Assembly (NCBI RefSeq): GCF_039654945.1
Contig: NW_027361819.1
Coordinates: 6,448,001 to 6,512,000, forward strand
Reading direction: 5' to 3'
Source: Dendrobates tinctorius
Lineage: Eukaryota
DNA length: 64,000 nucleotides
The notes under the pieces are model-generated. The model searched no databases. It was not told the origin of the DNA and was given only the letters and a program-made list of their open reading frames with translations. The stretch's first letter is position 1, and each line of letters begins with the position of its first letter. This document shows, piece by piece, positions 26,426 to 37,688 of this stretch. Both the position numbers and the translations under genes were made by a program.

Positions 26426-29400
26426 TCAACGGAAGAATCGTCCCACAAGTGCAGAAAACCCGGTCTTCAGCAGAGCGACTGTTGTTGCTGCTACCTCCGT
26501 AGCCACCGTCTTCTCTACTGCTACCACCGCCGGCTGTGCCATGACGACAGTCCCCCTGGCTGCAGCTGCCCCAACCACCCCATATATCCCCAGACCGGCA
26601 GTGACGCCCAGCGTGACAGCATTCATTGTGAAACGAGTGGTGTAACCGGAGCAAAACTTCTCTTGCTCCTCCTGGAGATGGGACGCCAGCTCTACCTGCA
26701 GCTCGCGGTGATGAGACAGGTTGGGACCTAGGAGAGAGTCTTTGAATTTTGCTGTGAGTTCTGCCGACTTCTCCAAGACCAGGGTCCTCATGGTTGATGG
26801 TAGGAGGTGATACGGCTATGTAGAGAAGAGAGGAGCACAAGATGAGATTGATCACCAAGGTCTACTTTCCATGATCACAACCTCCAGGGTTAGGACCTTC
26901 ATGCCCGACAGCTCACAGGGCTTCTCCCAATCTTAGGTCTCCACCAGTGAAGCGTCTTTCGCAGTTTTAGTCGTGACTCACCTGATTCTTCAGGAATTCC
27001 TGGAGTTCATCTTTGATGCTTTCAAGGATCTTTTGGTTTTTGATGGCATAAAACATCTGCGAGGTGAAAAATGAATGACTGAGATACAGCGAGGAATGAT
27101 GGTGTTATAAAGACTGGTTAGTCGGACATAGATTGTGGTCTCCCCAACACTTTGACACATTACTCCCCAATATCAAGTAACGGACACATCCATAATGTGA
27201 AGAAAGATGATGGTTTCATTGGTTCACATTTCCTCCAATCTCCTCCTCTTCTCATTGGCTTCTTCCCCTTTCGCCAATATTCTCCTGTATTTTGTGTCCC
27301 CTCCTGTCAGTTGACTCCTTCTGCAGGTGGTCCTCCTCCTGTGGCCTTTCCTGCACATTTCCTCCCTGCCAAATCGCTCCTGTTACTCATACCTTTCCTC
27401 TAACTTCTAGCTCTCCCTTTCTTCTTCAAACCCTCCCTCCTAAGAGTCATCCTCCCGAGCTTCTTCCTACTCCTATGTCTCCACCTTCCCTTCTCGCAAT
27501 ATTCTCCCACTGCAGTATCTACCTTCTCTGGCCTCTCTCTCTATAGTCCCACCATCTGCAGCTCCTTGTCCAGGTATGACCATTTCTTCCACGTTTCCTC
27601 CTCTACCTACCTTGACCACTACATTCTCCCCATATCCTCCTCATTCAGCTCCTTCCTCTCTTCTCTCCATATTCTCTCTGTGCTCCTCTTTACTTCTGTG
27701 TCTCTTCTCACCCAATTCCTCCTTCTAAAGCTCCTCCCTTTTGTGGTTCTTCTGCCACATCTCCTGCTTCTGATGCTCCTCCCTTTCCTGTGACACCTCC
27801 ACCAAATCTCCTCCCCTGAAGCCCCTCGATCTCTCCTTTGGCTCTTCTGCTACAACTTCTCCCTCTGAATCTCCTCCTTCTCAAGCTCTTCCCTCTCTTG
27901 CGGATGCTCTACCCCATTTCCTCCCTTGGAAGCCCCTCTCTCTTCTGTAGCTCTTCCACCATATCTTCTCATCTGAAGTTCCACCCTCTCCCCTGGCTCT
28001 TCCACCACCTCGCCTCGCTCTCCTGTGGCTCTTCATCTAGATCTCCTTCCTCTGAGGTTTCTCTCTTCTGTAAGCTATCTTGTAATCTTGTAAAGATAAT
28101 TTCTTTATTTAAACCTCTGGGTGCACAGTACAGGAGAATTATGGACCCTAAGATCCTCTGATAATTAGCGGGTCATGGTGGGACATTTTTTTTTCTCAGC
28201 TTGTTCTAGAGGTAAGATGACATCACTCACCTCCATTGGGGTAGAGAAACCATAGTTCTGCTTCTCCAGAACATCAACAAAGACCTGAAGAAGAAACGCT
28301 CTTTAGAAGGTTAATCATAGTCATTTGGAAACACATAATAGTCAAGCAATAGAAATGGCTAAATAGCCGCTACATGACAGCAGTGCTGTTACTGCTCACC
28401 CTCCATGACACCCCTGCTGTCTATTAGTGCACAACCCCCACAATATCCCTACCCCTCAACCACAGCCCTGCCCCTCAGCCACACCACTGTTGACATAGCC
28501 CTGCCCCCTCAGCTACACCCCTGCTGATGTAGCCCTGCCCCCTCAGCCACTCCCCTGCTGATGTAGCCTTGCCCCTCAGCCACACCCCTGCTGACGTAGC
28601 CCTGCCCCTCAGCCACACCCCTGCTGACGTAGCCCTGCCCCTCAGCCACACCCCTGCTGACGTAGCCCTGCCCCTCAGCCACACCCCTGCTGACGTAGCC
28701 CTGCTCCCTCAGCTACACCCCTGCTGACATAGTCCTGCCCCTCAGCCACACCCCTGCTGACATAGCCCTGCCCCTCAGCCACACCCCTGCTGACATAGCC
28801 CTGCCCCTCAGCCACACCCCTGCTGACGTAGCCCTGCCTCTCAGCCACACCCCTGCTGACGTAGCCCTGCCCCTCAGCCACACCCCTGCTGACGTAGCCC
28901 TGCTCCCTCAACTACACCCCTGCTGACATAGTCCTGCCCCTCAGCCACACCCCTGCTGATGTAGCCTTGTCCATCAGCCACACCCCTGCTGACGTAGCCC
29001 TGCCCCTCAGCCACACCCCTGCTGACGTAGCCTTGTCCCTCAGCCACACCCCTGCTGACGTAGCCCTGCCCCTCAGCCACACCCCTGCTGACGTAGCCCT
29101 GCCCCTCAGCCACACCCATGCTGGCACCGTTTGTTCCCTTTGCCACTTTCCTTCTGTCGTGGCCTGCCTTTCTGCGTCACCCCTGCTGACGTAGCCCTGC
29201 CCCTCAGCCACACCCCTCCTGACGTAGCCCTGCCCCTCAGCCACACCCCTGCTGACGTAGCCCTGCCCCTCAGCAACACCCCTGCTGACATAGTCCTGAC
29301 CCTCAGCCACACCCATGCTGGTACCGTTTGTTCCCTTTGCCACTTTCCTTCTGTCGTGGCCTGCCTTTCTGCCTCACCCCTGCTGACGTAGCCCTGCCCC

Positions 29401-32400
29401 TCAGCCACACTCCTGCTGACATAGCCCTGCCCCTCAGCCACACCCCTGCTGACGTAGCCCTGCTCCCTCAGCTACACCCCTGCTGACGTAGCCCTGCTCC
29501 CTCAGCTACACCCCTGCTGACATAGTCCTGCCCCTCAGCCACACCCATGCTGGCACCGTTTGTTCCCTTTGCCACTTTCCTTCTGTCATGGCCTGCCTTT
29601 CCGCCTCACCCCTGCTGTCACCACCCTGCTCTCCATGATACCATGATGATAGTAATATGTTGGGTATAAATTATGGAGAAATCATAAAATTCCAGCTTTA
29701 CCTGTAACATGGAGGGGATGTGGCTGCAGGTCAGAACTTCTCCCCTCGCATCCATCTTAATCCGATGCCACACTCCCCGCACCACATCTGCCACGTACAT
29801 TCTCAGATTGTCCTGGAAATCCTCATCCATATCTGTCAGGAAGATGTTACAGGTGGTCGGTAAGGGGTGATCATTATACATGAAGAATAAAACTAACTCC
29901 AGGATCAGGAGATGATAAGACATAAAAAACATCACGTTACAGGCTAAAAACGTGACACCGTCCTCATGGTGTTACCTCCCCCAGCCCAGTGTTCATCCAC
30001 CATCCCGCACTCTGCAGAATGGAACTCCTCTAACACTGGACAGACTTCTGCAAAGTTTTTGATAGAAAAGCATCATGGCCTATAATTTGGGGCATTTCTC
30101 ACAAGCACAGATTTCTTATCTCACTCCATCATGGATCAGTTTCCAATCTCCCCAGTAAGGTCTCCATCACCCACCACGTTGAAGGACCTCACCTTGAAGT
30201 CTTCCTTGGCTCTCTCCAGTAATTCCTTTTCCTGGATGTGGCAGTAGGAAGCAGCGAGTGTGACTGCTCTTCAGACCCCATAAAACTTTGGGGTAACTAC
30301 GGCCTTTCTGGAGTTTCTAACATGGATATAAGAACATAGATAAATCAAATCTCATATTCCGAAAACAGAGAAGGAATATAAAAGTCTGCAGCACTGGGAT
30401 ATGGTGAGCTATATGGAGGTTGGCTTGGTCAGTAGTGGAGGCTGTCAGCTAAGATGGCTTCAGTCCTCATGGACCAAACGGCCTGAGCTGCCACCAAGGC
30501 CAATGCTCCGAAAAGTCCAATGTCACCATGGCAGATCTCATACTGAATAGACTGAGATGTTTGGAGGCTGCGTCCATGGATTTTCATACCTCAATTTCCC
30601 GACTGATATAAAACCGAGCTGCGTCTCTTCCACAATTGTCGGAGTCGTGCCAGTCTCTGATTAAAATGTCCAGGAACTGAATCAACGTACAGAAGATACA
30701 TGAAATGTCAGTGATAGGAAATATGGAGCTACAGAGAAAACAGAAACCTACATCCTATATCACCCCTTCCACCCACCACGATCATCCGCGGATTATAGGC
30801 CGGTCAGGGTCACCTACCTGTAACCGCTCAGAACCAAACTCCTCTCCCATGTTGAGGTACATCTGAAAGGACATTATCATCATTAGTCTGGAATGTTGCA
30901 CACAGAACACACTTGCACCCATCTTGAAGGACCTCAGAATTAATTAGTCATTTTATGGAGGACACAACCATTTGGAGGAACCCTCTCCTTACCTTATTCA
31001 CAATCAATCCCGAATGAGCCTTTTTTATGAAGGACAAAACTTATCAAAGCAGCTCCATTTCATGCCCATTCCAATGGACCTCACGATCAAACTGAGATAA
31101 GAAATTATTTTTGAGGACACAACCTATTGGAGTCTTCTATTCACCCCTGTCCTGACAGACCTCACAAAGTCTAAACTATGCCGGCCATTGTATAGGAAGA
31201 GACAACCTATCGGAGGAGCCCTCTCTTCACATTTATCCTGAAAGACCTCATAGTTATATAGACTGAAAAAAGACCTTGGTCCATCAAGGTCTCCGTTTCT
31301 CCACTAATTGTACATTTTGTCACTAATTTATCTATAACCCCCAATGTTATGTGTAGTGACTATTGAGGAAATCATCCAGCCCTTGTATAAAAGCTGCCAT
31401 AGTGTCGGCCATTACTACCTCTTGTGGTCGACATACCACAGTCTGACTGCTCCAACCGTAAAGAACCCTTTCCTATTTAGCTGGAGGGATCGCCTTTCTT
31501 CACCTCTTGATATAATCTGGAGTATATCGGACACATGTGACTCAATTCATTGAAAACCTTACAGTAGAAGGTCAAAGCCCAACTTTCCGTAAACATCCAA
31601 ATTTGGTCCAGTAATGATATTTTCACAGTTCTATCTGCCAGTAGATCCTGTTCCTCAGTTATCCAAACTATGGGTCCATTATCAACCGGACATCTCAAAC
31701 CAGTCCTGCAGCCTCGTAGAGTGACTAACATGTCGCTCCATATTATACTAAGGAGCAGTCATAAATGCCAGTTACATTCCTCTTTAGATCATCCACGTGG
31801 TCACAATTTCATGTCTGCCTCAAACGTATCTAGTCAGCTCTTGAGGAAGCATCAAGAACCGATCACATCCCTTCAAGAACTAGACCTGGATATCAGATTT
31901 CCAAAATATGATTTAAGACTTAGTATAAAATCTACTCATATTTTGAGGAACCAGCAAGTCCTCAGTTTCATTCCTATGTATTCGGAGCACCAAGAAATAA
32001 TCCAGTCACTATTCAGTCCTACATCCCAGTAGAAACCATTCAAGAACCCATACACTCCGATAGACCCTACAGAAACACGTCAAATCAGGACCTCTTCAGT
32101 ATAACACTCATCCCGATCCTAACGAGGTCCATCTGTATGGCTGAAGGACTTGTAGACCCGTGATCTACCAAATGTCCACACAACACTCACCTCCATGTAG
32201 TCTAGTTCTGTCTCCTTCAAACTTCCAGCCACATTGAAAACCTACAAGATTCGACAAATTAGCCGTTAAATCCCTCATTTTTGTTTTTTGAACGGACCCA
32301 ATAAGATCTATAGAAAATAGTAGACCCCTCACCAAATGAGAGCTGAGTAGCATGGACAATGCCGAAAGCTTAATGCAGCTCTCCCGGTCACCCTCGATAT

Positions 32401-35091
32401 CCAGTGAACCCTCTGTGTCCAAAACATAGACCACTACCTAGGGGAATAGATTTGAGTCAGCGAGGTACAGAACAAAGGAACATTGCCAATGATGTTATGA
32501 AGGAGTAGAACTCTCAGATGAGATGGACGCCATGCCAGAGATGTGAATCCTGATCTCACCTTCTCTCCCTTCTGGCCCACCATGAAAGGTCTGTTCCAGA
32601 TCCAGATCCCCTTTGTAGTGCTGTCGATGCCACATTTCCATTCGAAACCTTGGAGGGGTTCATCATTTGCTCCAAGACTGAAGTCCTCGCCCTTCTCCTA
32701 CAAGAAGTTACAAAGGAGTCTGGTAACATCAAGCGGAGCTATAGGATCCCTCAGGTTAGAGGAGCAAATAAAGGGTCTTATCTCATTGGCGAGCCACACT
32801 GAAAATCCTCAACCGTCAGTCGCTGTATGAGAGCTACCGAGACCCCTATTCAGATCAAGGCCCTAGAATGAAGCTGACTGGTGTGTCACAGGTCGTGGGA
32901 GCCTCACAGAGAATTGAGCATCACTTGACATCCCCAGATACCCTCGGGCATCCAGTAATATCCATGGAAATCACCGTACAATGGCGCCAGGTTATCCCAG
33001 CACATCATATAAACATTTGTAGTGACTCGCGCACTATAAGTTTATGCCCCCCTTGGCCTCCGCTCACCTGACTCTCCAAGGCCCTCAAGACATAATTCAT
33101 CAGGAACGACTTCCCGCGCCGCTTTTCTCCGATGACGCAGAGCAGATAGACAGGATAAGTGGACAGATGGCTGTTCATGAAGCAGTTGTAGACCACCGAC
33201 TCATCCAGGTGTAAGCGGCCATTGCCATCCGTCCACACCAGCTGTAACGGGTAACCCTGCTCCGGAGGTTGCAGACATTCCTGTAGAATAACAGATGCTG
33301 GTAACGCCAAGATCTGATTTTTTCTGGATTGATTAGCCTGCTGGTCACATTGTTACCTGCTCTCTGGTTTTGTCCTGGATTCCCTTTTGGATCTTGTCGA
33401 TGAGGTTCATCAGACGATAGTCGGGTGCAATCTGATTTCGGGGACACTGTGTCCTGCACTCGGGGCAGAGGTAACCGGCTGGGTGTGGGGTGCTCCAGTG
33501 TGTGGTAATACAGTTTCGGCAGAAGGTGTGCCCGCAGGCGATGGACACCGGATTCTGCAGGTCATCAAGGCACACTGAGCAGGTGATGTCCTCTGCTAGG
33601 ACCTGGAAGCCAACGGCACCATCTGAAGGTAGCGGGGGGTCATTACTAAAGAAAACAGAGCACCAATTCAACTCGAGTCACTACAGGCAGTTGGCTACAC
33701 GGTTACGCTGGTGATTGAACGGGACAGGGTGGCTATGCCAGAGATCGAGTGGGGAAGGGGGCATCGCCAGCAATCGAGCCGGACAGGGCACCTACGCCAG
33801 CGATCGAGTCGAGCAGGGGGGGCTACGTCAGCAATCGAGCGGGACAGGGCAGCTATGCCAGCGATTTAGTGGCTTTTCACAGCGATGGAGCAGGACAGGG
33901 CAGCTATGCCAACGATCGAGTCGGGCAGGGGGGGCTACGTCAGCAATCGAGTGGGACAGGGCAGCTATGCCAGTGATTAAGTCAGGCAGGGGGCATCGCC
34001 AGCAGTCGAGCGGGACAGGGCAGCTATGCCAGTGATTAAGTCAGGCAGGGGGCATCGCCAGCAGTCGAGCGGGACAGGGCAGCTATGCCAGTGATTGAGT
34101 CGGGCAGGGGGCATCGCCAGCAATTGAGCGGTACAGGGCAGCTACGCCAGCGATCGAGTCGAGCAGGGGGGGCTATGTCAGCAATCGAGTGGGACAGGGC
34201 AGCTATGCCAGCGATTGAGTGGCTTTTCACAGCGATGGAGCAGGACAGGGCAGCTACGCCAACGATCGAGTCAAGCAGGGGGGCTACGTCAGCGATCGAG
34301 CGGGACAGGGCAGTTATGCCAGCGATCGAGCGGGACAGGGCAGTTATGCCAGCGATCGAGCGGGACAGGGCAGTTATGCCAGCGATCGAGCGGGACAGGG
34401 CAGTTATGCCAGCGATCGAGCGGGACAGGGCAGTTATGACCAGCGATCGAGCGGGACAGGGCAGTTATGCCAGCGATCGAGCGGGACAGGGCAGTTATGA
34501 CCAGCGATCGAGCGGGACAGGGCAGTTATGCCAGCGATCGAGCGGGACAGGGCAGCTATGCCAGTGATTGAGCGGGACAGGGCAGTTATGCCAGCGATCG
34601 AGCGGGACAGGGCAGTTATGCCAGCGATCGAGTGGGACAGGGCAGTTATGCCAGCGATCGAGTGGCTTTTCCCAGCGATGGAGTTGGACATGGCGGCTAT
34701 GCTGTCGATAGAGTGGGATAGTGGAACTATGCAGGGCATGAGCAGGCGGTGCAGCTATGCTGGCGGCAGCAAAAGTTAGTGCGGCTATGCTTGCGATGGA
34801 GCAGAAGAGTGCGTCTTCTCAGGCGGCAGGGCAGGGCGGCTATGCTGGCGTTGGAGCTGACGCGACTCTCCTACAACCCGGACTACATATTTCAGTGCTG
34901 TCGTCGGTGTACAGACTGTCACTGTGGCCCCCGGCCTCTCACCTCACAGTCTCGGCGCTCTCGCTGGGTCTGGCCGCTCGCTCTCGCCGTGGTCTCTTTC
35001 TCACCCTCTTCCTCTGGGGCTCAGTCTGTGGTTGCGCCGGCCTGAGTGAGGTTTGCGGCCTCTCTGCCGCCCTGTGCCTCCTGGCCTCCAT
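26426..35091 (-). CDS. RNF112-like: RNF112-like RING finger / GBP-atlastin-type GTPase, paralogue B (~616 aa, 13 coding exons)
   Basis: Exons: 35091-34943, 33645-33357, 33280-33068, 32697-32560, 32437-32333, 32241-32191, 30862-30818, 30676-30590, 30316-30193, 29832-29702, 28284-28231, 27056-26982, 26815-26426. All introns are GT-AG and the total of 1851 nt stays in frame. Motifs: C3HC4 RING CSVC…CGHTFCRNC…CPEC, G1 GEKRRGKS, G2 STTKGIW, G3 DTEG, G4 IRDW, FLLPHPG, and a hydrophobic C-terminus. The first coding exon is the least certain. Confidence 0.9.
28440..29617. repeat. 33-bp minisatellite (CCCCTCAGCCACACCCCTGCTGACGTAGCCCTG)n with a ~60-bp spacer repeated three times; intronic in gene B
   Basis: The 11-aa periodicity is GVAEGQGYVSR. 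The spacer CATGCTGGCACCGTTTGTTCCC… occurs at ~29117, 29314 and 29546. Confidence 0.9.
31249..31510 (-). mobile_element. Short 3' fragment of a second CR1 family, intronic in gene B
   Basis: CATAGTTATATAGACTGAAAAAAGAC…GGTCCATCAAG is a CR1-type 3' end. The minus strand reads RKGFFTVGAVRLW, like the CR1 ORF2 C-terminus (compare RKNFLTVRVINEWN in the full element). Confidence 0.65.
33712..34700. repeat. 30-bp minisatellite (CCAGCGATCGAGCGGGACAGGGCAGTTATG)n in the first coding intron of gene B
   Basis: The 10-aa periodicity is MPAIERDRAV. Confidence 0.9.
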
Positions 35092-35123
35092 GTTTGTTTG
35101 TCTGCCTCCAGTGACAGTCACCG

Positions 35124-35450
35124 CTCCTCCTCCTCCTCCTCCTCCTCCTTCTCCTTCTCCTTCTCCTCCTCCTCCTCCTCCTCTGTGCAGCTGTTCTTCC
35201 AGTTCCTCACTACACCCCACCTGCCTCTGATGCAGCAGAGCTGAGCTGCTCCTTTGTTTCAGTTGTGGAATCTGAACTGTTGTGAGCAGTCTGGAGACAA
35301 TAAGGAACATGAAATCCTCCCAAGATGTCCGGACGGTGGCGGGGCGGGAGCGCTGCGCCTTGGATGGCGCTCAGTGTGTATGGAAGCAATTAGTGACTGT
35401 AATGGGCCGGCGCCGCGTCTTCTGCGCATCGTGCCCGATCACGGAGTGCA
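35124..35450 (-). promoter_or_regulatory. Putative 5' UTR/promoter of gene B: (CCT)n microsatellite, GC boxes and a CpG-rich patch
   Basis: (CCT/CTT)n spans 35124-35182. GGCGGGGCGGG is at ~35338. A CpG cluster at 35330-35445 lies just upstream of the first coding exon. Confidence 0.5.
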
Positions 35451-36188
35451 AAGTCCTGTAACTTTCTCGTAGACTCTGGGGCGCTGTCATTATTGCATTT
35501 TCTCTTTTTTTTTTCTTAGTTTGTGACTTTTTTTTCGCCCGTTTTTCATTTGCGCCTTGTTCCTTGTTTTCGATGGACGCTGTTGGGTTTGGGATTTCCA
35601 GAAGTTCGCGGTTGTGAATGATAAAAAAAGTCAGAGAAGTTTTGCAGTTTGCGAATGTTGTGACATTGTGGAAGAAGGCGTCACATTACTGATTACGGAC
35701 AACGCGCACGGAACCTTCGCTTTTTTTTGTCACTTTGTCGTCTGCTGCTCACTGAGGAGTCTCTGCCGAATCTATCAAAATGGCGCAGGCGGCTCAATAT
35801 GGTGACAAGTAAAAAAAAAAAGTTCAAAAACCTCCTTAAGGCTTTGTTCACACGTTGCGTTTTTTTTCCGCCGTTTTACCAAATAAACCGCATCAGAAGC
35901 ACTTAAAAGCTTACCATTCGTTTTAATGAATTCCGCACTTTTTGTGCAGATGTATGTGTCTTTACCGCGAAAAAAAACGCTTTGCGGTAACAGGCTCATT
36001 CATTTGTCGGAAAATTCCGCATTTCTAGCTATTTTCTATGTGACTGGGGACGCGCAAAAAACGCACGTTTTCTGGGAAGGAGTCCAGTTTTCATGCAGAA
36101 ATTTTCTGCATACGCCGGCATTATTCTGTCTGTAAATATTTTACTGCTTTACACAACAAAAATCCTGTCCTTCAGGAAATCGCTCCGG

Positions 36189-36660
36189 GGAGGACTCGAG
36201 CACTGGAGGACTGGACGTCTGGAAGACTGGAGGACTAGAGCACTGGAGGTTTGGAAGACTGGAGGACTAGAGCACTGGAGGTCTGGAAGACTGGAGGACT
36301 AGAGCACTGGAGGTCTGGAAGACTGGAGGAAATGAGGACTGGAGGACTCGAGCACTGGAGGACTGGACGTCTGGAAGACTGGAGGACTAGAGCACTGGAG
36401 GTCTGGAAGACTGGAGGAAATGAGGACTGGAAGACTGGAGGACTAGAGCACTAGAGGTCTGGAAGACTGGAGGACTAGAGCACTGGAGGTCTGGAAGACT
36501 GGAGGACTAGAGCACTGGAGGTCTGGAAGACTGGAGGAAATGAGGACTGGAGGACTAGAGCACTGGAGGTCTGGAAGACTGGAGGAAATGAGGACTGGAG
36601 GACTAGAGCACTGGAGGTCTGGAAGACTGGAAGTCTAGGAGACTGGAGGACAGGAGGACA
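36189..36660. repeat. 32-bp minisatellite (GGAGGACTAGAGCACTGGAGGTCTGGAAGACT)n
   Basis: The period is 32 (36261 to 36293). Confidence 0.88.
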
Positions 36661-36709
36661 AGTTTTTCTTATTTTGTGTAAAAAGTATAAACCTGGAGCG
36701 AGACTTTAA

Positions 36710-37031
36710 GGCCCTGTGCACACGGTGCAGATTCTGTGCAGTTCTGCAGCAGATTTGGCCCTGCGGATCTGCAGCAGAACTGCAGGTGGTGTACAGTACC
36801 ATATAAGGCTATGTAAAACAAAACTGCTGTGCACATGCTGCAGATTTTTCCGCGCAGATTTGGTGCAGATTTAAAACTGCAGCATGTCGCTTCTTTTGTG
36901 CAGTAATATAGAAATCCGCTGGTGAAAACTGCACTAAATCTGCAGGTAAAGCGCAGGTCATTTTATCTGCAGATTCAGCAAAATCAGCGCGGAAAATTCC
37001 CCAGCAGAATCCGCACCGTGTGCACACAGCC
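36710..37031. mobile_element. MITE of the same TIR class as 7457-7834
   Basis: TAA-GGCCCTGTGCACACGGTGCAGATT … AATCCGCACCGTGTGCACACAGCC-TGA. Confidence 0.8.
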
Positions 37032-37688
37032 TGAAGAGTGCAGCACAAACCATGAGCGATGGCCGTCAGCGCTCTGATCCTTCGGGTTGAGGCCCGTAAT
37101 CTCTTTTTCTTATATCTGAGGGTTTGTTACAATTGTTTCCCGTCTACACCATGATCTGGGAGTGGAGCAATGGTCACCGATCTCTCTGCTGTCCTCATCG
37201 TTTGTTACAGTGTGTCAGCGCAGGGAGCGGGTATCACTCAGGACGGCACTGCGGGGTTATGCACCGATCCATAGTAACAACCCTCCAGCTCTGAGGAGTA
37301 GTCGCTCTGTGAAGAGTTTTTCCAGAATGCTGCAAAAAGTGAATAAACTTCTCCTGTTTGTCACCTTGGCCCCTCCCTCTTGGCCATGACAGTTTGAAAA
37401 GCCCATGACTTGGTGCACAGCGAATCCCCTTCATTGTCTTCTAGTTCCTCTCATTTTTAAGATCTCTGCTTGCTGTTGATCAGAGGATTGAGTGGGATGC
37501 GGCCCTTCACAAAAAGCAATAATATACCGCCACCTGCTGCTGTCACTGAGAATTGCAACTCATAAAGCAGAGTGACCCAACAAACTGCTGATTTCCCACA
37601 TTGCACTGCATGATTATTACACCTTTCAAAAATGTTATTAAATACGTATATGTGATGTCTGACAACAAGGAGGAGAAAAAGACAGCAG

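Noticed and set aside
27170-28090. Purine-rich (minus strand) Glu/Arg-like pseudo-coding tract in a gene B intron, considered as an extra exon
   Set aside because: It contains stops and no long minus-strand ORF. The flanking exons (54 and 75 nt) join in frame exactly as in gene A. It is probably a decayed low-complexity repeat.
35250-35270. ISRE-like AACTGAAAC (minus strand) upstream of gene B
   Set aside because: It is only a single GAAA half-site, too weak to call without expression data.
35837-36130. Possible further MITE starting TTAAGGCTTTGTTCACACGTTGCG
   Set aside because: A left TIR-like end is visible, but I could not find a matching right end, so the boundaries are unsupported.
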